Shown here piece after piece: positions 29,510 to 40,453 of a stretch of DNA of 64,000 nt. Location: the NCBI RefSeq assembly GCF_000189555.1, contig NC_017276.1; one strand, given 5' to 3'. The stretch is from Saccharolobus islandicus REY15A (GTDB taxonomy: Archaea > Thermoproteota > Thermoprotei_A > Sulfolobales > Sulfolobaceae). The translations under genes and the position numbers were made by a program. The notes below the pieces were generated by a model. The model searched no databases. It was not told the origin of the DNA and saw only the letters and a list, made by a program, of their open reading frames with translations. Numbering within the stretch: position 1 is the first letter of the stretch; every line of letters begins with the position of its first letter.

Positions 29510-30823
29510 TTATAGTGTCGAATATAATTTTAGAAATTCCTCAGTATGTTTTATAGCTTTATAGTAGTCATCTATCCTAATATTTTCATTAGGCGCATGC
29601 GCATTCGAGTAATACCCTCCAGCACCTATTGCACTGACTGCATCCCTTATCCCCAACTTATAAACAAAAAGCCCCATGGGTTGCGTACCAGCAGAATTAG
29701 GAATAACTTGTGGTTCAGTGCCATATACTCTTCTAGCGGATTCTATCATTGCCTTGACTACTGGAGAGTTAACTGATGTCCTAACAGGATATTCGAAGCC
29801 ATGAGTAATTATTTCTCCATTAAAGCCAACCTTTTGGAGGTGTTTCTTCAACAGCTCGAAAATCTTGTAAGGATCTTGATTAGGGACTAGCCTAAAATCC
29901 AATTTCGCAAATGCTCTATGCGGTACGATTGTTTTACTGCCCTTTCCAGTATATCCACATTCGAATCCATCAATATTACAAGTTGGATAAGTTAGTAATG
30001 CTTCAGCAATCTTTTCCCTATCAGAATACCTTAATTCTTTAAACCCTAACGCTTTCCTTAGTTCCTCTACATCGATATCATATTTCTTTATTAACTCTCT
30101 TTCTTCTTCCGTTAATTCTCTTACATCATTATAAAACCCCTCAATCAACACTCTTCCTTCCATATCTACCAATGTAGATATTACCTTAGATAGGTCTATG
30201 CATGGATTTCTAACCAAGGGCGCATTTGAAGAGTGTAGATCTTTAGTTCCATAGTCAAGCACTAGTTCAACATATAATAACCCTTTTACTCCTAGCACTA
30301 TTTGTGGTCTTCCTTTAGGGTCTAAACCAGCACCCTCCATTATCACTGAATCTGCCTTTAGTTTATTAGCGTTCTTTTCGATATAGTCTTCCAAATTTAC
30401 ACTGCCAATTTCCTCCTCTCCCTCGTAAAGTAATTTCACGTTAACATTCAATTCGTGCTTATCTATTAAGTGCTTAATAGCAAATAGCCTTGCCATTAAA
30501 GTTCCTTTATTGTCCGAGGCTCCTCTGGCGTAGATTCTGTCATTTTCAATTGTTGCTGAAAAGGGTGCTCTTTTCCACTCGCTTATTGGATCCACTGGTT
30601 GAACGTCATAATGGTTGTAAACAAGTAGCGTTTTTTTAGCATTAACGTTAATTTCAGCATACACTACCGGATGACCCTTAGTCTTCTCAATATTTGACTT
30701 TACGCCCAATAATTTCTCGATGGTTTCCTTGAGATAGTTCGCCGTTTCTTCTATTCCTTCTCCAGTTGCAGATATAGAGGGTTTCTTTAAGAATTCAATT
30801 AAAGTATAAAGTTCCTCATCCAC
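29510..30823 (-). CDS. M20 family metallopeptidase/deacetylase (ArgE/DapE-like)
   Basis: YNHYDVQP, RGASDNKG, EGEEEIGS, DLHSS, HAPNENI. Confidence 0.88.
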   Translation of the reverse strand: MDEELYTLIEFLKKPSISATGEGIEETANYLKETIEKLLGVKSNIEKTKGHPVVYAEINVNAKKTLLVYNHYDVQPVDPISEWKRAPFSATIENDRIYARGASDNKGTLMARLFAIKHLIDKHELNVNVKLLYEGEEEIGSVNLEDYIEKNANKLKADSVIMEGAGLDPKGRPQIVLGVKGLLYVELVLDYGTKDLHSSNAPLVRNPCIDLSKVISTLVDMEGRVLIEGFYNDVRELTEEERELIKKYDIDVEELRKALGFKELRYSDREKIAEALLTYPTCNIDGFECGYTGKGSKTIVPHRAFAKLDFRLVPNQDPYKIFELLKKHLQKVGFNGEIITHGFEYPVRTSVNSPVVKAMIESARRVYGTEPQVIPNSAGTQPMGLFVYKLGIRDAVSAIGAGGYYSNAHAPNENIRIDDYYKAIKHTEEFLKLYSTL

Positions 30824-30879
30824 TAGAGAATAATGTATTCTGTCTTTTTAAGTATGTTGGTTTGAATTTTAAAAATGTT

Positions 30880-30900
30880 AGTCATAAAGTTTTTATGATT
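30880..30900. promoter_or_regulatory. Imperfect palindrome agtcataaa-gtt-tttatgatt, candidate operator upstream of abfD
   Basis: 8/9 matching arms, about 20-40 nt upstream of the abfD TATA (ctttataaa) in the divergent intergenic region. Confidence 0.35.
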
Positions 30901-30952
30901 ATATTTATTGGCATATATCTAACTTTATAAACTAGTTCTACTATTATATAAT

Positions 30953-32470
30953 ATGGTTCTAAGAACTGGGGAAGAGTACGTTAATGCAATTAGGCATAGG
31001 AATAAGGTTGAAATTTACGTTATGGGGAAGGAAGTAAAGGATGTAACAGAGCACCCTTTCTTAAAGCCTTCAGTACTTGCATTTAAAGCAACTTATGATG
31101 CAGCCCATGAGGAGGATAGTAAATCTTTAGGTAGAGCATGGAGTTCCTTTATTAATGAAGAGGTAAATAGATTCACCCATATCCATAGATATCCAGAGGA
31201 TTTGGCAGTCAAGGTTAAACTTCTGAGAAAGATTAGTCACAAAACGGGAGCTTGTTTTCAAAGATGCGTAGGTTGGGACGCACTAAATACAATATACGTC
31301 ACCTCCAGACTTATGGCGGAAAGGGGTAAAAAGGAGTATTATGAGAGATTTGTTGAATATCTGAAATACGTTCAAAAGAATGATATAGCGTTAGCTGGAG
31401 CCATGACCGATGTTAAAGGTGTAAGAACGTTAAGACCTAATGAACAACCTCACGCCTACTTAAGAGTAACTCAGGTTACTAAAGATGGTATTTATGTCTC
31501 AGGTGCTAAGGCTAATATAACCGGAATAGCAGCATCTGAAGAAATTATTGTAATGCCAACTAGAGCAATGGGTGAGAAAGATAAGGATTTTGCGGTAGCC
31601 TTTTCCATCCCCTTAGATACTGAGAGTATTAAAGTTATAATAGGAAGACAAGTTAATGATGGGAGAAGGTTAGAAGAAGGGGAGATAGATGGATTGCCCT
31701 ATCGCACTAATCATGAGGGCTTGGTAATATTTGATAACGTCTTCGTTCCAATGGAAAGAGTGTTTATGTTAGGGGATTGGCAGATGAGCGGAATCCTAGT
31801 TGAAATTTTCAGCTCCTATCATAGGCAAGGCTATGGAGGTTGTAAATCTGGATTAGGGGATGTGATAATTGGCGCAGCATATAATTTAGCTAAACAAATT
31901 GGAGTTGAAAAAGCTCCACATATTCAGAACAAGCTGAATGAAATGGTTTTGTTGAATGAGAACATGTATGGAAGTGGTATTGCTGCCAGTCTAGACGCAG
32001 TTAAGTTATGTGAGGATGGGTGCTGGTGGGTGAATCCCATGTTTGCAAACGTTACTAAGCAATTAGTTACGAGATTTCCTTACGAGATTACTAAGTTTTC
32101 AACGGATATCGCAGGAGGTATAATAGGCACTGCTCCTAGTGAGTGGGACTTAAAGAACCCTAAACTTAAACCATATATTGAGAAGTACCTACAAGGTATG
32201 ATGGACTACAGTACGGAAGATAGGCTAAGAATGGTAAGATTATTGGAGAATATAGGGTTTAGTGTAGCGTTTCTCATTGAGTCAGTTCACGGAGCAGGTA
32301 GTCCAGAGGCTCAGAGAATTGCCATAAATAGGGTTTATGATTACGAGTATGCTGAAAAGATTGCTAAATACTTATCACAAATAGAGAAGAGAATTGAGTT
32401 TAAGGAAAACGCAGAGCCTTGGAGAAGTACAGATACGGAAAAGCTAGCTAATAATGGAGGCCAAAAATAA
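30953..32470 (+). CDS. abfD: 4-hydroxybutyryl-CoA dehydratase (3HP/4HB cycle type)
   Basis: Carries the Fe-S ligand motifs CFQRCVG and HRQGYGGC, plus AMTDVKG and ESVHGAGSP. These distinguish it from 4-hydroxyphenylacetate 3-hydroxylase. Confidence 0.88.
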   Translation: MVLRTGEEYVNAIRHRNKVEIYVMGKEVKDVTEHPFLKPSVLAFKATYDAAHEEDSKSLGRAWSSFINEEVNRFTHIHRYPEDLAVKVKLLRKISHKTGACFQRCVGWDALNTIYVTSRLMAERGKKEYYERFVEYLKYVQKNDIALAGAMTDVKGVRTLRPNEQPHAYLRVTQVTKDGIYVSGAKANITGIAASEEIIVMPTRAMGEKDKDFAVAFSIPLDTESIKVIIGRQVNDGRRLEEGEIDGLPYRTNHEGLVIFDNVFVPMERVFMLGDWQMSGILVEIFSSYHRQGYGGCKSGLGDVIIGAAYNLAKQIGVEKAPHIQNKLNEMVLLNENMYGSGIAASLDAVKLCEDGCWWVNPMFANVTKQLVTRFPYEITKFSTDIAGGIIGTAPSEWDLKNPKLKPYIEKYLQGMMDYSTEDRLRMVRLLENIGFSVAFLIESVHGAGSPEAQRIAINRVYDYEYAEKIAKYLSQIEKRIEFKENAEPWRSTDTEKLANNGGQK

Positions 32471-32486
32471 ATAATTAAAAAAGTTT

Positions 32487-33239
32487 TTATACTATGTTAA
32501 TGTATGCATACATAAGGTCTCTTTCAGTAACTATTCCAACTAATTTTTGATTTTCCATAACTGGTAATGTGCCTATTCTCTTTTCTATCATCAATTTAGC
32601 CGCATTTAATATACTGTAATATCTGCTAATAGTTATTGGGTTTTTAGTACCAGCATCTAGGACTTTTCCTATGTTTTTATTCTTAGCTAGATATTTAACT
32701 ATATCAGCTGCAGTAATTATGCCAATCAGTTTGTTATTCTTGCTAAATACTGGTAATCTCCTCACGTTATTCATGGCCATTAGTTTGGCAGCTTCTAATA
32801 TTGTGCTTTCCTCACCTATGGATACTACGTTACTTGACATCACGGAATCAACTAATCCAGAGAACATCGAGGATGCTATTAGTTTCAAGACCTCTCTTTC
32901 AGTAAAAATACCCACAATAGCGTTATTATCAACTACTGGAATTCCTCCAATATTGTTCATTAACATTATTCTAACTACATGATTGACGTCATCATTGGGC
33001 GAGACAGTAATTAAATCCTTACTCATTATATCCTTAACCTTTAAATCGTATATATTAGTCCCGTATTCGCTGAAAGAGGCAACAACATCCCTAGTAGAAA
33101 CCATTCCAATAGGCTTTTCCTCCTTCAAAACAACAATTCTACCTGTTGGATTATTGGAAAGTATATCAATTGCCTCCTTTAAGGAGGACTCTGGGAAAAC
33201 AGTTATTACAATAGGATTTGCTACATCAAGCACTTTCAT
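32487..33239 (-). CDS. CBS-domain protein (4 CBS repeats)
   Basis: Repeated V.DIM...LITV, GIFTERE, GIITAADI, GIVTERDL. Confidence 0.88.
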   Translation of the reverse strand: MKVLDVANPIVITVFPESSLKEAIDILSNNPTGRIVVLKEEKPIGMVSTRDVVASFSEYGTNIYDLKVKDIMSKDLITVSPNDDVNHVVRIMLMNNIGGIPVVDNNAIVGIFTEREVLKLIASSMFSGLVDSVMSSNVVSIGEESTILEAAKLMAMNNVRRLPVFSKNNKLIGIITAADIVKYLAKNKNIGKVLDAGTKNPITISRYYSILNAAKLMIEKRIGTLPVMENQKLVGIVTERDLMYAYINIV

Positions 33240-33272
33240 ATATAATATATTGTCATGATAGTTAAAAAAGTT

Positions 33273-33806
33273 TCAAATGACGACTCTTGTGCTTTTCCCT
33301 ACCTTCTCCACATTTCTCAACAATTCCCTATAATCACTTACAAAGGTAAAATTGTGCAATTTCATGTTTATCTCATAATATCCCTCTCTATCCTTAGCCT
33401 TGATCATCAGCCTATCGTTCCTATAACTTACACTATAGTAGTATGAGCTTGACGACAACGTTGTTTCATTATCTCCATATTTTGAAATTGGGTTTTCTGC
33501 TAAAATAATAGATCTTATTTCAAAAAATGTTTTCGATAATATTAGTTCCACAAAGCCTTCGATGTCCTCCTTTTCGGAAACGAATATTGCTATGGAACTA
33601 GTAGCTGAGAGAAACGGATCATTTCTCAACGCGTAATCCAAATTCTCGAACAAGTGAATGCTATTTAAGCCGTCTAATGGGAAGTTCCACAACTCCTCAT
33701 AACTAGCCATATAAGGCTTTCCATTAACTATAGCCCTTATTTTGAAATTATATGATGAGCATACAACATTAGCTGGTATCCTTTTCCTATCGTCAAGACA
33801 GTACAT
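33273..33806 (-). CDS. Hypothetical protein (177 aa)
   Basis: Long ORF filling the gap; no family recognised. Confidence 0.65.
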   Translation of the reverse strand: MYCLDDRKRIPANVVCSSYNFKIRAIVNGKPYMASYEELWNFPLDGLNSIHLFENLDYALRNDPFLSATSSIAIFVSEKEDIEGFVELILSKTFFEIRSIILAENPISKYGDNETTLSSSSYYYSVSYRNDRLMIKAKDREGYYEINMKLHNFTFVSDYRELLRNVEKVGKSTRVVI

Positions 33807-33904
33807 CTTTAATCATAATATTTCTTATCAACTTATATCTTAAATAATGATTATAATCTAGTTGCCTTATTTGGCTAATGACTTATATAGTTGTTTAACC
33901 TTTC

Positions 33905-35650
33905 TTGATAGTTATGAAAACACTTGGATTCATATCAAATCAGATAACATCAGCCCTAATTGATTTATCCTCAATTGTTTGGTTTCCAGTACCCAAGTTC
34001 GACTCTCCGTCAGTGTTCACTAGGTTGTTAGATGAAGATGGAGGAGAGTTTTCCATATTACCAAAAGGACAAGAAATAATAGCTGTTAAACAAGAATATG
34101 TTTATCCATTAGTAATAATGACTGTCATACGTACTAAGCAAGGCGAAATAAATATTACTGATCTCATACCATTGGGTGAAACAGTAATTATAAGAAAGGT
34201 TGAATCGGAAATTCCTTTTAAGGTCGTGTTTAGACCTAGATTCTATTATTCTCTATACAAGCCCATAATCGGTGGTAGTAAATTTGTAAATCCAAGAGGA
34301 AGGGATTGTATAGCGTTTCTTTACGACTTTTCAGGCAAGGTCAAAAGATCCGGAAATTACGTTTGGAATTTTAGTAATGGGAAAGGATATTTAATAGCCA
34401 ACTATGCCTCTGACGTTAAACACGGCGTTTTTAGCGAAAGGGGTTCAACGTTAAATGCCATGTATGAAAGATCATTTGAAAATACGATAAACTATTGGAA
34501 AAGTACTGATGTGAAAGACGTTAAATCATTTAATGACCTTTATAAGGCATCCATATATACAATGCTAGGCTCTATTTATGCGCCTTCTGGAGGAGTAGTT
34601 GCAGCTCCTACAACTTCTTTACCAGAAGTTGAAGGTGGAAAGAGAAATTGGGATTATAGATTTGCATGGATAAGAGATTCTTCGATTATAGCTGAAGCCT
34701 TGTTAGAAGCTGGATTCATTGTAGAAGCTAGAAGAATAATAAACTTCTTACTTTCACTCATAAATTTCTCGTCAAAGCCATTTTACTATCCCCTATATAC
34801 AATAGAAGGTACAATTCCTCCCCCTGAAAGGAAATTACGATGGCTATCTGGATACAAGAATTCTAAACCAGTAAGAATAGGAAACGGGGCTTCTTCTCAG
34901 ATTCAATTAGATATCGAAGGATTTTTCATTTCGGCTCTTTATAAATATGTAAAGTTGACTAATGATCAAGTGTTTCTGAAAGACGTTTTTAGTAAAGTGA
35001 AGTACATTGGGGACTGGATAGCAGAGAATTGGAGCTTAAAAGATTCTGGTATTTGGGAGGATAGGGGGAGTCCTCAACACTATACTCACTCTAAAATTAT
35101 GATGTGGATAGCACTGGATAAAATTGGAAAACTAGCAAACTTAATCGGATATGCTGACATTTGGGCTAAAGAGAGGGATAAGCTTAGAAACTGGATATTC
35201 ACTAACTGTGTAAAGAACAATTATTTTATCAGATATTGTGGGAATACTGATGATGTAGATTCATCATTACTATCAGCATCATTATATGGGTTTATTGAAG
35301 TTAACGATAATATATTTATTAATACCCTGACGAAAATTGAAAATGACCTAAAAACTGATGTATTTGTGAAAAGATACAAGACCGATTTCATGGGAGAAGC
35401 GAAACACCCATTTTTGCTGACTACAGTATGGCTTGCTAGAGTTTATATGCGATTAGAAAAAATAGATGGTGCTATAGAAATATTGGATAAGATCAATAAG
35501 ATTTCAAGAGAACTACATTTAGTGGGTGAACATATCGACGTAGAAAAAGGGGAGTTTACTGGCAACTTTCCTCAAATTTTTGTACATGGGCAGTTAGTAA
35601 TTGCAATAAAAGAGCTTAACGAGATGTTAACTGATAAAAATATTATATAG
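33905..35650 (+). CDS. GH15 glycoside hydrolase (trehalase/glucoamylase-like); probable start ATG 33914
   Basis: PKFDSPSVF, AAPTTSLPE..GG.RNWDYRFAWIRD, SGIWEDRG, GEHID, GNFPQ. Confidence 0.9.
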   Translation: MIVMKTLGFISNQITSALIDLSSIVWFPVPKFDSPSVFTRLLDEDGGEFSILPKGQEIIAVKQEYVYPLVIMTVIRTKQGEINITDLIPLGETVIIRKVESEIPFKVVFRPRFYYSLYKPIIGGSKFVNPRGRDCIAFLYDFSGKVKRSGNYVWNFSNGKGYLIANYASDVKHGVFSERGSTLNAMYERSFENTINYWKSTDVKDVKSFNDLYKASIYTMLGSIYAPSGGVVAAPTTSLPEVEGGKRNWDYRFAWIRDSSIIAEALLEAGFIVEARRIINFLLSLINFSSKPFYYPLYTIEGTIPPPERKLRWLSGYKNSKPVRIGNGASSQIQLDIEGFFISALYKYVKLTNDQVFLKDVFSKVKYIGDWIAENWSLKDSGIWEDRGSPQHYTHSKIMMWIALDKIGKLANLIGYADIWAKERDKLRNWIFTNCVKNNYFIRYCGNTDDVDSSLLSASLYGFIEVNDNIFINTLTKIENDLKTDVFVKRYKTDFMGEAKHPFLLTTVWLARVYMRLEKIDGAIEILDKINKISRELHLVGEHIDVEKGEFTGNFPQIFVHGQLVIAIKELNEMLTDKNII

Positions 35651-35672
35651 ATAAGAAAGTAAGATTAGATTA

Positions 35673-36866
35673 GTGATAAGGCCAGAATTATGCATAAGGT
35701 GTAGAGGAGCAAAGTACCTTTGCGGTCTTTCATACTGTCCAATCATAGTTAATACTAAAACGGTAAGAATAGATTTCAAGGAGGTATATGGTTCTTCCCC
35801 ACCAACCGTCTTTGTAGGTAGATTTAGTTATCCCAAAATTACAATTTATCCCTCTACTCCGCCAATTTTGGGTGATACAACTAAGTTTGAAGACTCCAAA
35901 TATTGGCTTAATACTGACTTAAGTGAGTTCTTATCGATGAGGCTTTCCTTAGTTAGAGGTGGTGTCAAATATCACAGAGATGATGCAAGATTACCAGATA
36001 GGTTTTTACTGGATATTCAGAGTATAACAATATCATCGAGACCAGTTGAATTGGATTTAAGGCTGAAGAGAATACCTTCTGGAGGTATTTTAGATGAAAG
36101 TCTGCCACCTCTAGGTCCTTCGGCACCATTGGAAAAGCTTGAAATAGCTACATTGCCTCCTCCCTTAGCAGTAGTAGAGAAGGTTTATGATGATAACGAT
36201 ATGAGAGCAAAAGATGGTATAATGAAATTATACAATGCAGGGATTGACGTAGAAAAAATATCCAAGATATTAAGTATTGGTGGAATTGGGAAGGAAAGAA
36301 AATTAGTACCTACAAGATGGAGTATAACAGCAGTGGATAAGGCTATTTCCGATACTCTAATTGAGAATATAAAGAGTTATGACACGATAGACAAGGTTGA
36401 AGTATATTTCAGAAAACATAATAAGAATATTTTCATCGCAATTCTTCTTCCTAGAGATTGGAGCTTTGAATGGGGAGAAGCCTGGTATCCTGGAAGTACT
36501 TGGAATAAGTTTGGCAACTATGTTGATATAGAAGTGGATAACGAAAGGTATCATGGTAGATCTGATTATCCAGAAATAGGTGGCTGTTATTACGCTTCTA
36601 GATTAGGGGTGACGGAATTCTTGGCAAGCAGAAAGAGACAAGCCACTGCAATACTATGGAGGGAAATATATGAAGGATTCAACTTGCCAGTAGGTGTTTG
36701 GTTTGTTAGGGAAAACGTTAGGGAAATGTTTAAAGGCAAGCCAGTAGTATTTGACGACATAACTACTGCCTTAAATTTCGTTAAGAGATTATTAAGGTCT
36801 GATTTAAAGCAGTGGTTAAGCAAGTCATTACTCTCCTTTAATACCATTGATAAGTGGTTAAAATGA
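35673..36866 (+). CDS. Nre family DNA repair protein
   Basis: N-terminal C..C.G....CG...CP Zn motif, GSSPP.VFVG, RKLVPTRWSITAVD, GGCYYA.RL; C-terminal PIP-like TIDKWL. Confidence 0.85.
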   Translation: MIRPELCIRCRGAKYLCGLSYCPIIVNTKTVRIDFKEVYGSSPPTVFVGRFSYPKITIYPSTPPILGDTTKFEDSKYWLNTDLSEFLSMRLSLVRGGVKYHRDDARLPDRFLLDIQSITISSRPVELDLRLKRIPSGGILDESLPPLGPSAPLEKLEIATLPPPLAVVEKVYDDNDMRAKDGIMKLYNAGIDVEKISKILSIGGIGKERKLVPTRWSITAVDKAISDTLIENIKSYDTIDKVEVYFRKHNKNIFIAILLPRDWSFEWGEAWYPGSTWNKFGNYVDIEVDNERYHGRSDYPEIGGCYYASRLGVTEFLASRKRQATAILWREIYEGFNLPVGVWFVRENVREMFKGKPVVFDDITTALNFVKRLLRSDLKQWLSKSLLSFNTIDKWLK

Positions 36867-37639
36867 TTGTAAAGTCCATTAGGGTGAAATCTGCTTTAAG
36901 TAAATCTGGATTGAAAGAGTTAAACTATAGTCTAAATCCTTATTTAGGTTGTGTATTTTCTTGCCCCTATTGTTATGCCCCCAATTTCACTCCAGATAGG
37001 GAGGCTTCAGAAAATTGGGGGAAAGTTGTAGCCGTTAAGGAGAACTTGCTTGAGGTTTTAGAGAGAGAAGTGAAAATCTATAAGAGGGGAGTAGTTGGGA
37101 TATCTACGATAACTGATGCTTATCAACCAATAGAGGCTTTAAGAAAGCTCACTAGGGAAAGTCTAAAGATATTATTAAAAAATGGTTTCAGAGTTTCAAT
37201 TCAGACCAAGTCACCCTTAGTTTTAAGGGATATTGACTTACTCTTAGAATACAAGGATAGAGTTGATGTTGGATTTACAGTTACTAGTTTAAATAATAAG
37301 TTAGAACTTAACGCACCTCCAGCTAAAGGTAGATTGAGAGCCTTAGAGAAACTCAGTAATGAAGGGCTAGAAACTTGGATTTTCCTAGGGCCTATTATTC
37401 AAGGTGTAAATGATGCTGAGATAGAGAATATAATCCGAGAAATTTCAAATATTAAGGTAAGGGTAATTTTCGACAGTTTCCATTACTATAGGGGGTTAAA
37501 ATTTAAGGAGGGTTCTACGCAGTGGTGGGTTAATTTGAGGAATAGAATATTGGAGAATTGTAAGAGATATGGTATGGAATGCCATGAAGAAAGTGAGGAT
37601 TGGATTTATGAAAAAAGAAGATATTATAAAACTTTTTAG
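36854..37639 (+). CDS. SplB-like radical SAM protein
   Basis: NPYLGCVFSCPYCYA (CxxxCxxC), TDAYQP.E, QTKSPLVLRDIDL; overlaps the nre 3' end. Confidence 0.85.
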   Translation: MVKMIVKSIRVKSALSKSGLKELNYSLNPYLGCVFSCPYCYAPNFTPDREASENWGKVVAVKENLLEVLEREVKIYKRGVVGISTITDAYQPIEALRKLTRESLKILLKNGFRVSIQTKSPLVLRDIDLLLEYKDRVDVGFTVTSLNNKLELNAPPAKGRLRALEKLSNEGLETWIFLGPIIQGVNDAEIENIIREISNIKVRVIFDSFHYYRGLKFKEGSTQWWVNLRNRILENCKRYGMECHEESEDWIYEKRRYYKTF

Positions 37640-37641
37640 CC

Positions 37642-38013
37642 TTAGATTCCAGCTACTTCTCTTAATGTCTTAAATATTTGATTGAAATCTGCCTCAGTAA
37701 GTCTAACGAACACTCCATAATTTCCCATTACGCATACTACATACTCTCCTGCAGCTACAGCCCACCCTAAGAATGGCGTCCATCTCATTCCAGAAATCTT
37801 TGTGAAAGACTCTGCTTCCACAGTTCCCATTAAAGTGTTAGCTGCTACCATCTTTGCTATCATCTCAGCCATCTCCTTAGGCATTGGTCCCTGATACTCT
37901 ACAAGTTTTCCATCTGGTGTATATTCTCCAGCAGCTATTGCTCCTTTTAATTGCATTAGTTTATCGAGCTTTTCACTCATTTTTTCACCTCTACTAAATA
38001 TTAGATAAATCAT
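37642..38013 (-). CDS. DUF2173 / Roadblock-like protein (probable start 37980, MSEKLD)
   Basis: L..L.GA.AAGE...DGKL..Y.G, MVAANT.M, P..GWAV..G.Y.VCV.G..GVFV. Confidence 0.7.
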   Translation of the reverse strand: MIYLIFSRGEKMSEKLDKLMQLKGAIAAGEYTPDGKLVEYQGPMPKEMAEMIAKMVAANTLMGTVEAESFTKISGMRWTPFLGWAVAAGEYVVCVMGNYGVFVRLTEADFNQIFKTLREVAGI

Positions 38014-38186
38014 TTTAATAAATTTTATGATTAAACATTATAAAAAAGTATAACATATCAAGTTTTATTTTATTTATTTTCTCTAAAGTTTAACAAAATA
38101 ACGTATAAAATCATCCTAAAGTTTACGTCGATAAAATGTCATAAAGTTTAAATATTAGTCTATTTTTAATAAAAATTAAGATAAAA

Positions 38187-39458
38187 TCATCCTTCCTCCA
38201 GATATCTAAATATCCATGAAGCAATTAAGAGTATAATCCCTGCAACTATAAAATCTATACCGTAACTAATATAGTGCGTGATATAACCAGATAAAAGTGA
38301 CCCCACAAATAATGATATCCCTACTACTGTACTATAAACTCCAAGTCCAGTTCCTTGCCTTCTCTCCCCAACAATTTTGAATATTAAGGTAGTAGATGAG
38401 GAGTAAAATACTGCATAGGCAATTCCGGCTGCCAATGGATAGAATATTAATCCAGAGATTAATATTGGAATACCTAAAAATAGTTGGGCAAATATACCAA
38501 GTAAAACGTATGACACACCTCTCAGGATAAGTGAAATGTATGCTAATCCTTTCTCATCTTTATTCTCCAGTAACGTTGAGGATATCCTAAATCCTAAAAT
38601 TTGAAATATCATACCAACGCTTATTACAGCCAACACTTCAGATTTATTTAATCCCTTCACGTACAAACCTGCTGGATATACAGTATTGAATATTCCGCTG
38701 CTTATGTAAAATAACACTATTCCTAAGTAAAGTAGAGGAATGTAATTAATGGGTTTCCTAAATAATCTACTCACGGAAAACATTTTAAAGTGATGAATAT
38801 TAGGTAGATGAAGGAACATCATTGGCAAGTGTCTCATTCTAGTCAAAAACGATTCCTTATTGTGTATAATAGCTGCCCTTTCAAATGTAATTATGGGTTT
38901 AGGTAGTATTTTTACGCTTGCAATTAACGTAGCCAGTACTGAAAATCCCAGTATTTCCTCTATTTGGTCAATTCTTAAGAGAATTACTAGAAAAGTCGAA
39001 ACAACTAATCCTAGCAAGACACCTATAGAGGAGAATAAAGAGAATCTTGAGAAGAGAGAGCCCCAGTGTTTTTTCTCAGCGGACTCCATTATTAGTAAAT
39101 TGAATGGTGTTGTTGACGCAGTGCTCATAAATGTAATTAAAGCGTAATTTAAGGTAATTAATGAGATACTTTTCATGAAGGGCATTACAATAAGGGGAAT
39201 TGAAACTCCAGCTAAGCTTAGCAATATTTGTTTCTTTCTATCCATCTTGTCAGCTAGGAATCCCCATATTATTGAAGCTGGAATTAGAACAGCGTTACTT
39301 AAGGAGATAGCGTATGCTACGTCAATTGCATTCCCTCCAAGCGAAAGAATCTGTAATGTTACTAACGTGGATAAAGGACCTATTGAAGTATTATAAGGTA
39401 TCACTAGATACATCCATCTGGTATCCTTATACTTAATCATTACTTGTTTTAGCCACAA
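38187..39458 (-). CDS. MFS transporter
   Basis: WGFLADKMDRKK motif A; 12 TM. Confidence 0.85.
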   Translation of the reverse strand: MWLKQVMIKYKDTRWMYLVIPYNTSIGPLSTLVTLQILSLGGNAIDVAYAISLSNAVLIPASIIWGFLADKMDRKKQILLSLAGVSIPLIVMPFMKSISLITLNYALITFMSTASTTPFNLLIMESAEKKHWGSLFSRFSLFSSIGVLLGLVVSTFLVILLRIDQIEEILGFSVLATLIASVKILPKPIITFERAAIIHNKESFLTRMRHLPMMFLHLPNIHHFKMFSVSRLFRKPINYIPLLYLGIVLFYISSGIFNTVYPAGLYVKGLNKSEVLAVISVGMIFQILGFRISSTLLENKDEKGLAYISLILRGVSYVLLGIFAQLFLGIPILISGLIFYPLAAGIAYAVFYSSSTTLIFKIVGERRQGTGLGVYSTVVGISLFVGSLLSGYITHYISYGIDFIVAGIILLIASWIFRYLEEG

Positions 39459-39593
39459 TGTAATGTTTAAAAGTTTTATTGTAAAGTTTAACGAAAAGTA
39501 GATCCTTGTATAAGTTTAAATTTTTTAAATATGAAAAACAAGAGGATGCTCAGACAGAAAATAAATTTAATCCCAGTCCGAATGTGAAAGTGT

Positions 39594-40382
39594 ATGAAAA
39601 TAAAAAAGGGAGATACAGAAGCTGAAATTTTAACAAAAGGTGCATATCTTAATGCGTTTAGAATAGGAAGTAAAGATATGATATTAAAGGGTGATCTGGA
39701 GAGACCAACAAGGGGTGGTATGGCGATTCTAATACCATATTCAAATAGAGTGAAAAATGCAGAGTATATATTTGAGGGAGTAAAATATACCTTACCTCAA
39801 AATAGGGAGGGAAATGCAATACATGGACTAGTAATGGACAAGGAATTCAGCGTGGTAACCAAAAGTGACGATAGCGTTAGTTTGGAGCATGTTTTAGAAC
39901 ATGAAGGATATCCTTCTAGACTGGATTGTTTAATAACCTACAAGGTTTTCAAATATGGTCTTAGGACAAAGATAGTTGTAAGAAATGTGGGAAATAAAAG
40001 AGCCCCGTTGACAGTTGGCGCGCATCCCTACTTTATTACAGCTGACGATTGGAGGATAATAGTGGAAAAGGAGGAAAGCGTAAAGAAGTGTGTAAGTTTC
40101 AATAAAATTCCTACTGGGGAATTGATAAAGACTAAACTTGAGCATACTGATTATGATGATTGTTTCTTGATAAGTGGAAGTATTCAATTACATTCCTCAT
40201 ATTCAAAAGTTAGAATTACAAGACGAAACATGCCGTTTGTCCAAATATATACTGGTATAAGGGGCACAGTTGCGATAGAACCTATGAGTGGTGCTCCAGA
40301 TGCGTATCACAATGGTTTAGGACTTAAAATATTGGAGCCAAATGAAAGCTCATATTTTGCGTTTGCGTTTCGTTTCCACTAA
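39594..40382 (+). CDS. Aldose 1-epimerase (mutarotase-like)
   Basis: PYSNRV, GNAIHG, GAHPYF, AIEPMSGAPDA. Confidence 0.85.
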   Translation: MKIKKGDTEAEILTKGAYLNAFRIGSKDMILKGDLERPTRGGMAILIPYSNRVKNAEYIFEGVKYTLPQNREGNAIHGLVMDKEFSVVTKSDDSVSLEHVLEHEGYPSRLDCLITYKVFKYGLRTKIVVRNVGNKRAPLTVGAHPYFITADDWRIIVEKEESVKKCVSFNKIPTGELIKTKLEHTDYDDCFLISGSIQLHSSYSKVRITRRNMPFVQIYTGIRGTVAIEPMSGAPDAYHNGLGLKILEPNESSYFAFAFRFH

Positions 40383-40453
40383 ACGTTTTTATATATAGGT
40401 AATCTTCTATATAAATCAATAAGATTTATATTTTAAAATTATATATTAGATTT

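Noticed and set aside
30953-32470. 4-hydroxyphenylacetate 3-monooxygenase annotation
   Set aside because: Same fold, but the CxxxC and H...C Fe-S ligands of 4-hydroxybutyryl-CoA dehydratase are present.
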